Of a DNA stretch of 64,000 bases, positions 1 through 7,933 are shown piece after piece. The position numbers and the translations under genes were made by a program. Position 1 is the first letter of the stretch. Every line of letters begins with the position of its first letter. Below the pieces are notes generated by a model. That model saw nothing but the letters and a program-made list of their open reading frames with translations, did not search any database and had not been told where the DNA came from. The stretch is from Clostridia bacterium (lineage in GTDB: Bacteria > Bacillota > Clostridia > Oscillospirales > CAG-272). Where the stretch lies: the NCBI GenBank assembly GCA_017466445.1, contig JAFTUC010000006.1, forward strand, positions 1,451 through 65,450, read 5' to 3'.

Positions 1-1224
1 GACGATCGAGAGAACCATTCCGACCGCGATCGCGACCACGAGATCAAACGCAACGGTGAGCACGAAGGTGGTGACGAGCACGAGCACGTCGGCAAGCGGT
101 GCGGTCTTACAAAGATGAACGAATTCGCGCCACTCGCTCATATTATAAGCAACGACAAAGAGTATCGCCGCTATTATCGGCATCGGGATAAGAGATGCGT
201 ACGGCATAAGCACCACAAGGACGAGAAGGAGAACGAGCGCGTGAACGATTCCCGATATCGGAGTACGTCCTCCGTTTTTGACGTTCGCCGCGGTTCGAGC
301 TATCGCTCCGGTAGCGGGGATACCGCCGAAAAGTCCCGAGCAGATATTTCCGACGCCCTGAGCGATAAGCTCGGTATTGGAATTATGCTTATCCTTTATC
401 ATTCCGTCCGAGACGACGCAGGAAAGGAGCGACTCTATAGCGGCAAGTATCGCTATTGTGAACGCGTCGGGAAGGAGCGAGAGCACGGTATCAAGGCTGA
501 GTCCGGGGAAGGAGAAGGCCGGAAGCGAGCCGTTTATACTGTAAAGATCGCCTATCGTATTTACGGGGATACCCGAAAGTGCGACAACGAGAGATCCTAC
601 GAGCACAGCGATCAGCGAGCCGGGGATCTTTTTACTTATGTAAGGCCATATTATCAGAACAGCGAGTCCGATAGCGCCGACAAGAAGCGCCCACGGAGAG
701 ACGGTAGTTATCGATCTTACGACCGCGCCGAGCTTTTCGCTCGTTTCCACCGCGTGAGTTCCCGCAGGAAAGGTGAGTCCCATAAAATCCTTAAGCTGAC
801 CTATTATTATCGTGACCGCGATACCCGAGGTAAATCCGGTCGTTATCGTGCAGGGTATATATTTTATGAGCGAGCCGAAGCGAAGAAGTCCCATAATAAT
901 AAGGATAAGTCCCGCCATCAGGGTCGCTATAACGAGTCCCTCGATACCGCTTCTTGCGACAACGCCCGCAACTATGGTTGCAAACGCGGCGGTCGGACCC
1001 GAGATATTTACCCTGCTTCCGCCGAGCAGAGAAATAACAAATCCGGCAACGATTGCGGTATATATTCCCTTTTCGGGCGAGACTCCCGACGCTATCGCAA
1101 GCGCTATTGAGAGCGGCAGGGCGATTATTGCTACTATAAGTCCGGCTACGAGATCGGATGCGAGTTGCTTTACGGTATATCCCTTCATCGAGTCAATGAT
1201 CTTCGGTCTGAAAATCTTATTCAT
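1..1224 (-). CDS. SulP family anion (sulfate) permease, N-terminal 408 codons; the rest lies beyond the window start
   Basis: My own minus-strand translation from the ATG (complement of 1222-1224) gives MNKIFRPKIIDSMKGYTVKQLASDLVAGLIVAIIALPLSIALAIASGVSPEKGIYTAIVAGF..GGSRVNISGPTAAF, a typical SulP N-terminus. The frame stays open to position 1, so it is absent from the ORF track. Confidence 0.8.
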   Translation of the reverse strand, partial: MNKIFRPKIIDSMKGYTVKQLASDLVAGLIVAIIALPLSIALAIASGVSPEKGIYTAIVAGFVISLLGGSRVNISGPTAAFATIVAGVVARSGIEGLVIATLMAGLILIIMGLLRFGSLIKYIPCTITTGFTSGIAVTIIIGQLKDFMGLTFPAGTHAVETSEKLGAVVRSITTVSPWALLVGAIGLAVLIIWPYISKKIPGSLIAVLVGSLVVALSGIPVNTIGDLYSINGSLPAFSFPGLSLDTVLSLLPDAFTIAILAAIESLLSCVVSDGMIKDKHNSNTELIAQGVGNICSGLFGGIPATGAIARTAANVKNGGRTPISGIVHALVLLLVLVVLMPYASLIPMPIIAAILFVVAYNMSEWREFVHLCKTAPLADVLVLVTTFVLTVAFDLVVAIAVGMVLSIV

Positions 1225-1517
1225 TAAAAACATCTCTTTTCTTAAAAGTCTTTCAAATACCACTAATTATACAACACTTTTAGACAAGTTTCAAGACTTT
1301 TTGCATTTTCTCCTGAAAAGTATCATGCTACGAATCATACGACAAGTAAAGTCTTTCAAGAAAATCTGCATATCTTATGGCAATAAACAAAAACTCCTTC
1401 GCCCCGCCGTGTTTAATTTACTGCATATGATAACACAGACTCGGCTATTATAAGCGAGATCAAATTTACCGTTATCGGAAGACTATATTTACATTTAGTT
1501 TTTTAGCATCATCGTGT

Positions 1518-2408
1518 TTAGCGATCACTTTTTTGTGGTTTAAGTTTATTTTTTCTGTATTTTGCCGGTGTAGTGCCGTAATATCGTGTAAACTCACGGT
1601 AAAATCCCGAAGGAGAGGTAAATCCCACTTCTCTACCGACCTCTTCCACGGTAATATCGGTTGTTACAAGCAGTCTTTCCGCAGCCTGAACGCGCTTTTC
1701 CATCATAACACTATGAAGTGACTTGCCGTAACGTCTACGAACTATACGGTCAAGCTGACGGCCACTTATATAAAGTTCGGCTGCAATACACTCAAGACGT
1801 ATATCCTCTGCACAAAAATCGGCAATTATACTATCCAGACGCATCATCCTGTTGATATCATATCTGTCACTCTCGAACGATTTCTCAACACTCACAGTGT
1901 CGCGCATTCTATCGGATATCGATAGCAGAAGCTCCACAGCCCTTATTGCGGGCAATATCTCCGAGCCTTTTGAATCTTCTGACAAAACATTCATTGAGCT
2001 TTGGCAAAGATCGAGAACATCTCGATAAACCAATGGCCTATCACCCGAGACGTAACGATGCAGTTTTTTGTAAACGTCGCACACTCTGCCCCTATTACGC
2101 TTTTCACATATAAAGCTCCATACCGCGATCTCGCTTTTCGGAGTCGAGCAAAACATACAATGACGTACCCAAGGAGGAACTATCACAAGATCTCCTTGCT
2201 CGAGAATCAAGGTATTTTCATCGGTAATAATCTGCACTCCTCCCTTTGTCACGGCAAACAGCTCTGCCGAAACGTGGCTATGAAGATCGGGGAATTTCTC
2301 ATCCTTCTTACACTCTTCCGAAGATCCACTTATCAGCATGCGGAACTGTATGTTTTCTATAGCGATAGAATATTCTCTCCATTCGGTCGGAGCTATCTTT
2401 ATTTCCAC
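1518..2408 (-). CDS. AraC family transcriptional regulator (cupin sensor domain plus C-terminal HTH)
   Basis: 296-aa ORF. The N-terminal half is cupin-like (GDLVIVPPWVRH). The C-terminus has the AraC HTH signature (VGFTSPSGFYREFTRYYGTTPAKYR). Confidence 0.85.
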   Translation of the reverse strand: MEIKIAPTEWREYSIAIENIQFRMLISGSSEECKKDEKFPDLHSHVSAELFAVTKGGVQIITDENTLILEQGDLVIVPPWVRHCMFCSTPKSEIAVWSFICEKRNRGRVCDVYKKLHRYVSGDRPLVYRDVLDLCQSSMNVLSEDSKGSEILPAIRAVELLLSISDRMRDTVSVEKSFESDRYDINRMMRLDSIIADFCAEDIRLECIAAELYISGRQLDRIVRRRYGKSLHSVMMEKRVQAAERLLVTTDITVEEVGREVGFTSPSGFYREFTRYYGTTPAKYRKNKLKPQKSDR

Positions 2409-2579
2409 CGTACACCACCTCTATAAGATATTATACTTTTATTTTCAGACATCGTCAAGGTTTTTTCTTTTATTTTATGACATGTCATTTCGTAATTGTC
2501 GTAAATCTCTATTTACATATGTGCATTTTATCGTATATAATCGTTTTGATCTATTTCTCTTTACGTAAGGAGTCGTTTT

Positions 2580-4016
2580 ATGAAAAAAAATTTAAACATT
2601 GGACAAAATCGAGAAATGTTCTGGGACGATTATTTAATCGATACTCAAAAAAGCACTGTTTCTTTCAGAATTAACAACCCGATAAAAAAAGAGCTTTGCT
2701 TTGTTTTGGATGAAAAAAGGGAAAAAACAAGTATAAGCTACCCTTGCGTTGTAAAAGACAGCAAAGGTTTTAAAATGTACTATACACCGAGTGACGATCC
2801 AAACGTTTGGCCGCCTGTTAATTATATAAGCCTTATTGAAAGCAAGGACGGTATCAATTGGACAAAGCCTTCGCTTGATATTTTCGACCATCCCGAATTA
2901 AAAGTAAATAACGTCGTACTTGAAGGTCTTGCAGACAGTGCTTCCTTTTTCTACGATAACAACCCCAGCTGCCCCGCAGAAGAGAAGTACAAGGCTATCG
3001 GAAAAACCAAGGGCGAAGTAAACGGAGAAGAAAAAGAAGGACTTTGGTGCTGGACCTCGGCAGACGGATACAACTTCAAGCTTACACATTTTCTCACAGA
3101 CAAGGGACATTTTGATTCACTTAACACTATTGTTTGGCAGAGTGGCAGATATACTTGCTTTTTCAGAGGCTTCCATAACATCATCCCCGGCGGCGAGATA
3201 AGCTGGGCTACGCGTGATGTCAGAGTGATGCATTCGGATGACTTTAAGAATTGGTCTGACCCTAAAATGATAAAATTTTCCGACAATCTCGATTATGCAC
3301 TTTACACAAACAACGCTTTGCCCTATGAAAGAGCGTCACAATATATCGTCGGATTTCCGACCCGCTATTTTGAGCGCAAAGGCTGGACCGAAAATATAAA
3401 ACAAATGCCAAGCTACGGCACCAAAGTAAAGGCTGCGGAAAGCTATGCTCTGCAGGTAGATAAGGATAGAACGGGGCTTGTAAATACCGACTGTATATTT
3501 ATGTTCAGCAGAGACGGCGGCGATAACTGGCACAGATACAGCGAGGCTTTTTACACACCGGGCTATGAAAATGAGTCGAACTGGGTTTACGGTGACTGTT
3601 ATCCGTCCTATAATCTAGTGGATCTCGGCGACGAAAATTATTACTTTTATGACGTTACAGGTCATTTGAGTCACGGCGAGCCCAAATCTATTTACCGTTA
3701 TGCAATTCGCAAAGACGGTTTTGCTTACGCCACATCGGGCGGCGAGGAAGGTGTAATTGTAACAAAACCGCTGATTTTTGACGGTAAATATTTACACCTT
3801 AATTTCTCCACATCGGCTTATGGCTATATCTATATCGATATACTTGATGAAGAGGGCAATGAAATTTCAGGAAGAAGCTTTGAAATTTACGGCGATAATA
3901 TTGACCGAAAAATTACCTTTGAGGACGGAAGCGATTTTTCCGCGTTTGCAGGCAGGCCTGTGAGAATTCGTTTTAAGATCTTAGATGCAAAGCTTTATTC
4001 CATGAAGTTTGAATAA
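2580..4016 (+). CDS. Cytoplasmic BNR/Asp-box beta-propeller protein, glycoside-hydrolase-like (sialidase superfamily), with C-terminal beta-sandwich
   Basis: 478-aa ORF with an AAGGAG RBS 8 nt upstream. Asp-box-like motifs are present (ESKDGINW, SRDGGDNW). There is no signal peptide. It is divergent from the AraC gene. Confidence 0.6.
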   Translation: MKKNLNIGQNREMFWDDYLIDTQKSTVSFRINNPIKKELCFVLDEKREKTSISYPCVVKDSKGFKMYYTPSDDPNVWPPVNYISLIESKDGINWTKPSLDIFDHPELKVNNVVLEGLADSASFFYDNNPSCPAEEKYKAIGKTKGEVNGEEKEGLWCWTSADGYNFKLTHFLTDKGHFDSLNTIVWQSGRYTCFFRGFHNIIPGGEISWATRDVRVMHSDDFKNWSDPKMIKFSDNLDYALYTNNALPYERASQYIVGFPTRYFERKGWTENIKQMPSYGTKVKAAESYALQVDKDRTGLVNTDCIFMFSRDGGDNWHRYSEAFYTPGYENESNWVYGDCYPSYNLVDLGDENYYFYDVTGHLSHGEPKSIYRYAIRKDGFAYATSGGEEGVIVTKPLIFDGKYLHLNFSTSAYGYIYIDILDEEGNEISGRSFEIYGDNIDRKITFEDGSDFSAFAGRPVRIRFKILDAKLYSMKFE

Positions 4017-4028
4017 AGAGGAGAATCA

Positions 4029-4232
4029 ATGAAGCTACCTGAATTTGATCGCTATGCCATAGATATTCACTCCCATTTTAATCATGGAGTACCGGGCGAT
4101 CACATCAATTCCGGTATCGATATGCTTAATCTCAGTACACTAATATTTTTATACGTATGGGTTATACACCATATATTCCGAAGTTTCAAGATATTTTTGA
4201 ATTTTAACAAAAAAATCCGAAAAACATCTTGA
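4029..4232 (+). pseudogene. Truncated metal-dependent hydrolase (amidohydrolase/PHP-like) gene; only about 35 N-terminal codons look genuine
   Basis: Good RBS (GAGGAG). The N-terminus MKLPEFDRYAIDIHSHFNHGVPGDH carries the HxH metal motif. After about position 4135 the frame runs into AT-rich low-complexity sequence and stops at 67 aa. Confidence 0.45.
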
Positions 4233-4257
4233 AAAAGCCATTACCCTCTGTTATAAT
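4229..4257 (+). promoter_or_regulatory. SigA-type promoter for the aldolase gene
   Basis: TTGAAA (4229-4234), a 17-nt spacer, then TATAAT (4252-4257). It lies 30 nt upstream of the ATG at 4287. Confidence 0.55.
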
Positions 4258-4286
4258 TTATTTTATCCATCACACGGAGGTGTAAA

Positions 4287-5264
4287 ATGACAGTAAGAAA
4301 AGGTAATCTGATGTCCGTTCGTGACGATATAAAGCTTCTTGATGCTACGATCAGAGACGGCGGACTTTGCAACAATTTTGAGTTCAGTGACGAATTTGTA
4401 AAAGAGCTCTACAAGACAAACGTAAAGAGCGGAATAGACTATATGGAGTTCGGATACCGCGCAAGCAAGGCGATGTTCGACGAGAGCGAGTTCGGAAAAT
4501 GGAAATTCTGTAAGGAGGAGGACATCCGCGCGATCGTAGGTGACAATCCCTCGGACATGAAGATAGCGGTCATGGCAGACGTTGGAAGATGCGATTACAA
4601 GACCGATTTTCTTCCCAAGAGCGAGAGCGTGATCGACATGGTAAGAGTCGCGTGCTACATCCACCAGATCCCCACGGCAGTCGAGATGATCGAGCATTTT
4701 CATGCGCTCGGATACGAGACCACCTGCAACATAATGGCGGTATCTCAGGCAAACACCGATCAGATAACCCAGGCGCTCGACATGTTATGCAGCACGAGCG
4801 TAGACGTTATCTATCTCGTTGACAGCTACGGCTCTCTCTACCCCGAGAACGCCTCCGAGCTTTCAAAGACCTACATTGCAGCAGCCGAAAACACGGGCAA
4901 GAAGATAGGATTCCATGCACACAACAATCTGAACCTCGCATTTGCGAACACGATAGAGACCATGTCATACGGAGTTTCCTTCCTCGACGCGACCGTTCAA
5001 GGAATGGGCCGCGGTGCCGGTAACTGCCCGATGGAGCTCCTTCTCGGCTTCCTCAAGAATCCGAAATACAACCTTTACCACCTTCTCAAGTTCATCGAGA
5101 AGTATATGCTCATGCTCAGAGAGGAGGGCGTCGTGTGGGGCTACGATCTCCAGTATATGTTTACCGGGTTTCTTAACCGTCACCCACGCGAGGCCATCGA
5201 TTTTACGTCGAAGGACCGCAAGGATTATTCGGAGTTCTACAAGTCGCTGCTTGAAAATTACTGA
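4287..5264 (+). CDS. HMGL-like / DRE-TIM metallolyase family aldolase (pyruvate carboxyltransferase fold)
   Basis: 325-aa ORF with a GGAGG RBS. Family motifs are present: LLDATIRDGG near the N-terminus, HAHNNLNLAFANT, and MGRGAGNCPMELL. Confidence 0.8.
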   Translation: MTVRKGNLMSVRDDIKLLDATIRDGGLCNNFEFSDEFVKELYKTNVKSGIDYMEFGYRASKAMFDESEFGKWKFCKEEDIRAIVGDNPSDMKIAVMADVGRCDYKTDFLPKSESVIDMVRVACYIHQIPTAVEMIEHFHALGYETTCNIMAVSQANTDQITQALDMLCSTSVDVIYLVDSYGSLYPENASELSKTYIAAAENTGKKIGFHAHNNLNLAFANTIETMSYGVSFLDATVQGMGRGAGNCPMELLLGFLKNPKYNLYHLLKFIEKYMLMLREEGVVWGYDLQYMFTGFLNRHPREAIDFTSKDRKDYSEFYKSLLENY

Positions 5265-5274
5265 TTTCAAGTTC
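5214..5274. repeat. Direct repeat copy 1 (61 bp): last 16 codons plus stop of the aldolase gene, plus 10 nt
   Basis: Identical base for base to 7459-7519 (gaccgcaaggattattcggagttctacaagtcgctgcttgaaaattactgatttcaagttc). Confidence 0.95.
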
Positions 5275-5277
5275 AAA

Positions 5278-5305
5278 ACAAGCCTTCGTTGAGGGCTTGT
5301 TTTTT
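5278..5305 (+). terminator. Rho-independent terminator directly after repeat copy 1
   Basis: Stem acaagcc/ggcttgt with a 9-nt loop, followed by TTTTT. Confidence 0.6.
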
Positions 5306-5335
5306 GGATTTACGATTTAGAATAAGGAAAATGTT

Positions 5336-7435
5336 ATGAAAAATGACAAACAGGAAAAGGAATATATAAGTGATAATACGCAACTGATGCAAGAGTGGGA
5401 TTATTCCAAAAATCAAGGGCTTACGCCAACTTCAGTAGCAAAATACAGCAACAAAAAGATGTGGTGGATTTGTCCCAAGGGACATAGTTATCAGTCTCCT
5501 GCAGCTAGACGTGCTAGTGGTGTAGGTTGTCCGTATTGTAGTGGAAGACTTGTAATAGAAGGGGAAAATGACCTTGCAACACTAAGACCTGATCTGGCGA
5601 AACAGTGGAATTTTGAAAAAAACCATCCGCTATTGCCGTCACAGATTAAACCAAGAAGCGGAAAGAAGGTATGGTGGATTTGTGACAAAGGACACGAATA
5701 TGAGGATACCGTAACGCACAGAACGGGAGGAAGGGGTTGTCCATATTGTTCCAATAAAAGGGTTTTGAAGGGATATAACGATTTTGAAACGGTTTATCCG
5801 GAATTTGCAAAAGAATGGCATCCTACTAAAAATGGAGATTTGATGCCGCATATGATTGTGGCAGGTAGTCATTTAAGGGTGTGGTGGCAATGTGCTGCTT
5901 GTGGAAATGAGTGGGAAACTGCAGCAATGAAACGCCTTGGCTGTCCTGCTTGTTCTGCAAAAAGAACGACGTCTTTTCCCGAGCAAGCAATATTTTTCTA
6001 TATAAAGCAAGTATATCCTGATGCGATTAACAATTATAAATTCGAAGGTGTTGAGTTCGATATATATATTCCCTCCGTAAACACCGCAATTGAGTATGAT
6101 GGAGTTTTTTATCATAAAAATGTTCGAGTTATAAACAAGGATTTTAACAAAGATAATTTGTGCAAGCAAAACGGAATAACTCTTTTTAGATTCAGAGATC
6201 CGAAATTACCGAAAACAGATTATGCAACTGTAATAGTTTGTACGGATTCTTATCGTGATGAAGAGTTTGAAAACGCTATAAAAGAACTTTTTGGATATCT
6301 AAAACCAACAGTAATGCCAAACATTTCTTTGGAAGATGATAAAGCTATTATACTGAAAAGGAGTCAGCAACATCGCAAAGAAAACAATTTAATATCCCTT
6401 TTTCCGGCAATTGCCGCACAGTGGAATTATGAGAAAAACGCCCCCTTGACTCCTCAGTATTTTCCGCCGAAAAGCAACAGAAAGGTATGGTGGAAATGTG
6501 AAAACGGACATGAATGGGAAACGACTATCGGATCGCGTACTGCCGGAACAGGTTGCCCGTTCTGCAGTGGTAACAGAATGCTGGTAGGCGAAAACGATTT
6601 AGTAACGCTTCGTCCCGATATAGCGGCTGAATGGAATTACGAAAAAAACGGGGAACTTCTTCCAGAACAGGTGAGCGTGTTTTCCAATAAGAGAGTGTGG
6701 TGGAAATGCTCTGGATGTGGATTCGAATGGATAACTAGTCCGGGAAATAGAGACGATGTACTTTGTAAAAAATGTAAATCAAAGTTGCTCGGTGAAAAAA
6801 GAAGTAGGGTTGCTGCCGAGAAAAATCCTTTATGTGAGAAATATCCGGAAATTGCTGCTCAATGGCATCCCACAAAAAACGGGAATCTAACAGCTAAAGA
6901 CATCTCGTGCAGTTCTGGTTTGCGAGCATGGTGGATTTGCAGTAAAGGACATGAGTGGCAATCGTATGTAAGTAACAGAACAAAGGATAATTTGGGCTGC
7001 CCATACTGCGGGAATCAAAAAATCCTTCCCGGATTCAACGATTTGAAATCACAGTTTCCAAATTTAGCAAAAGAATGGCACCCCACAAAAAATGAACTCT
7101 TGTTTCCTGAGCAAGTTTTTCCCAAAAGCTCCAAAAAGGTATGGTGGATTTGTCAAAACGGACATGAATGGGAAGCGACTATCGGATCGCGTACTGCTGG
7201 AACAGATTGCCCATTCTGCTCGGGAAAAAGAGCGTGGGCAGGCGAGAACGATTTGTTAACGTTAAGACCTAATGTTGCAGCTGAATGGAATTACGCTAAA
7301 AATGGTCAACTTACACCTGAAAAGGTGACAGTGTTTTCCAACAAAAAAGTGTGGTGGAAATGTTCGGAAGACCACGAGTGGGAGGCAGTAATACAGCGTC
7401 GCAGTAAAGGTTTTGGAAAATGTCCGGTTTGTTAA
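5336..7435 (+). CDS. Multi-zinc-ribbon protein: 8 treble-clef-like modules (3 + 5) flanking a PD-(D/E)xK (Vsr/DUF559-like) nuclease core
   Basis: 699-aa ORF. The repeating unit is W(N/H)xxKN..LxP..V..SxKKVWWxCxxGHEW..(G)CPxC(S)G. Module starts fall at W21, W91, W161, W363, W433, W510, W581 and W651. The central segment FPEQAIFFYIK..VEFDIYIP..AIEYDGVFYHK resembles restriction-endonuclease-fold cores. Confidence 0.8.
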   Translation: MKNDKQEKEYISDNTQLMQEWDYSKNQGLTPTSVAKYSNKKMWWICPKGHSYQSPAARRASGVGCPYCSGRLVIEGENDLATLRPDLAKQWNFEKNHPLLPSQIKPRSGKKVWWICDKGHEYEDTVTHRTGGRGCPYCSNKRVLKGYNDFETVYPEFAKEWHPTKNGDLMPHMIVAGSHLRVWWQCAACGNEWETAAMKRLGCPACSAKRTTSFPEQAIFFYIKQVYPDAINNYKFEGVEFDIYIPSVNTAIEYDGVFYHKNVRVINKDFNKDNLCKQNGITLFRFRDPKLPKTDYATVIVCTDSYRDEEFENAIKELFGYLKPTVMPNISLEDDKAIILKRSQQHRKENNLISLFPAIAAQWNYEKNAPLTPQYFPPKSNRKVWWKCENGHEWETTIGSRTAGTGCPFCSGNRMLVGENDLVTLRPDIAAEWNYEKNGELLPEQVSVFSNKRVWWKCSGCGFEWITSPGNRDDVLCKKCKSKLLGEKRSRVAAEKNPLCEKYPEIAAQWHPTKNGNLTAKDISCSSGLRAWWICSKGHEWQSYVSNRTKDNLGCPYCGNQKILPGFNDLKSQFPNLAKEWHPTKNELLFPEQVFPKSSKKVWWICQNGHEWEATIGSRTAGTDCPFCSGKRAWAGENDLLTLRPNVAAEWNYAKNGQLTPEKVTVFSNKKVWWKCSEDHEWEAVIQRRSKGFGKCPVC
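6481..6710 (+). repeat. Intragenic DNA duplication, copy A (zinc-ribbon modules 4-5)
   Basis: Aligns with 7135-7364 at a constant in-frame offset of 654 nt. The first ~85 bp are about 90 percent identical (aaaggtatggtgga..aaaacggacatgaatgggaa.cgactatcggatcgcgtactgc). Confidence 0.85.
7135..7364 (+). repeat. Intragenic DNA duplication, copy B (zinc-ribbon modules 7-8)
   Basis: See copy A. The 654-nt (218-codon) offset matches W363->W581 and W433->W651. Confidence 0.85.
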
Positions 7436-7458
7436 AAACAAAAATAATATATATTAAA

Positions 7459-7519
7459 GACCGCAAGGATTATTCGGAGTTCTACAAGTCGCTGCTTGAA
7501 AATTACTGATTTCAAGTTC
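7459..7519. repeat. Direct repeat copy 2 (61 bp): orphan copy of the aldolase 3' end
   Basis: Identical to 5214-5274. It is not attached to any upstream aldolase coding sequence. Confidence 0.95.
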
Positions 7520-7548
7520 GGCAAGCGCTTTTAAGATCCAAATCTGAT

Positions 7549-7585
7549 CACCCGAGGGCAAAAACTCGCCTTCGGGTGGTTTTTA
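7549..7585 (+). terminator. Rho-independent terminator, probably the original aldolase terminator
   Basis: Stem cacccgaggg / ccttcgggtg (one mismatch), followed by GTTTTT. Confidence 0.7.
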
Positions 7586-7665
7586 TTTCCCGCGGATAGC
7601 GTACTTAGAAAATCTACGCATGCAAAATGTATATTTTTCGATATTCATGCATATTCGCACGATTT

Positions 7666-7683
7666 TATGCATTTTTATTCGCA
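7666..7683. promoter_or_regulatory. Distal ARG-box-like site
   Basis: tatgcatttttattcgca matches TNTGAATWWWWATTCANW at 14 of 16 defined positions. It lies about 190 bp upstream of the argG promoter. Confidence 0.3.
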
Positions 7684-7861
7684 CGTCCGATTCCCCGTTC
7701 CGAGGCGTCAAAAAAATGACAGTCCCTCCGTCTTTTACGCTCACAAGGCACTTCAAAGAGTCCAAAACCCCGTTTTTTATTGTTAATATGCACAATATTA
7801 GCAGTCTGTTATTGTGAAGAATTACAAAAAGAGACAAAAATAAAAAAAATCGCGAAAAGCA

Positions 7862-7910
7862 CTTGAATATTTATTCGCTTTGCGTTATAATCATAGCATA
7901 AATATTCACA
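7862..7910 (+). promoter_or_regulatory. argG promoter overlapped by two ARG boxes (ArgR/AhrC operator)
   Basis: -35 TTGAAT (7863-7868), 17-nt spacer, -10 TATAAT (7886-7891). Box 1 is cttgaatatttattcgct (7862-7879, 2 mismatches). Box 2 is atagcataaatattcaca (7893-7910, 3 mismatches). Both are scored against TNTGAATWWWWATTCANW. Confidence 0.6.
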
Positions 7911-7933
7911 GCGGTCACGGAGGCTATATAATA

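Larger units (their letters stand above)
5275..7519 (+). mobile_element. Putative inserted single-gene cassette (2,245 bp; equivalently 5214-7458) bounded by the 61-bp direct repeats
   Basis: The direct repeats are exactly 2,245 bp apart. The interior is visibly more AT-rich than the flanks. It carries its own terminator, RBS and one ORF. No integrase, transposase or terminal inverted repeats are present. Confidence 0.45.

Noticed and set aside
115-1453. Plus-strand ORFs 115-1110 (331 aa) and 812-1453 (213 aa)
   Set aside because: Their compositions are Arg/Tyr/Ser-rich or Pro/Ile/Ala-rich with no motifs. The opposite strand encodes a clean SulP permease N-terminus running off the window edge, so these are antisense shadows.
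5275-7519. Classical IS element, integron cassette or integrase-mediated island
   Set aside because: There is no transposase or integrase ORF in any frame, no terminal inverted repeats, and no attC-like imperfect palindrome at the ends. I therefore report it as an uncharacterised cassette rather than a known element class.
7583-7837. Small ORFs 7583-7837 (-) and 7620-7817 (+) in the aldolase-argG spacer
   Set aside because: They are AT-rich, have no RBS, and overlap each other in antisense. The region is better explained as terminator plus argG regulatory DNA.
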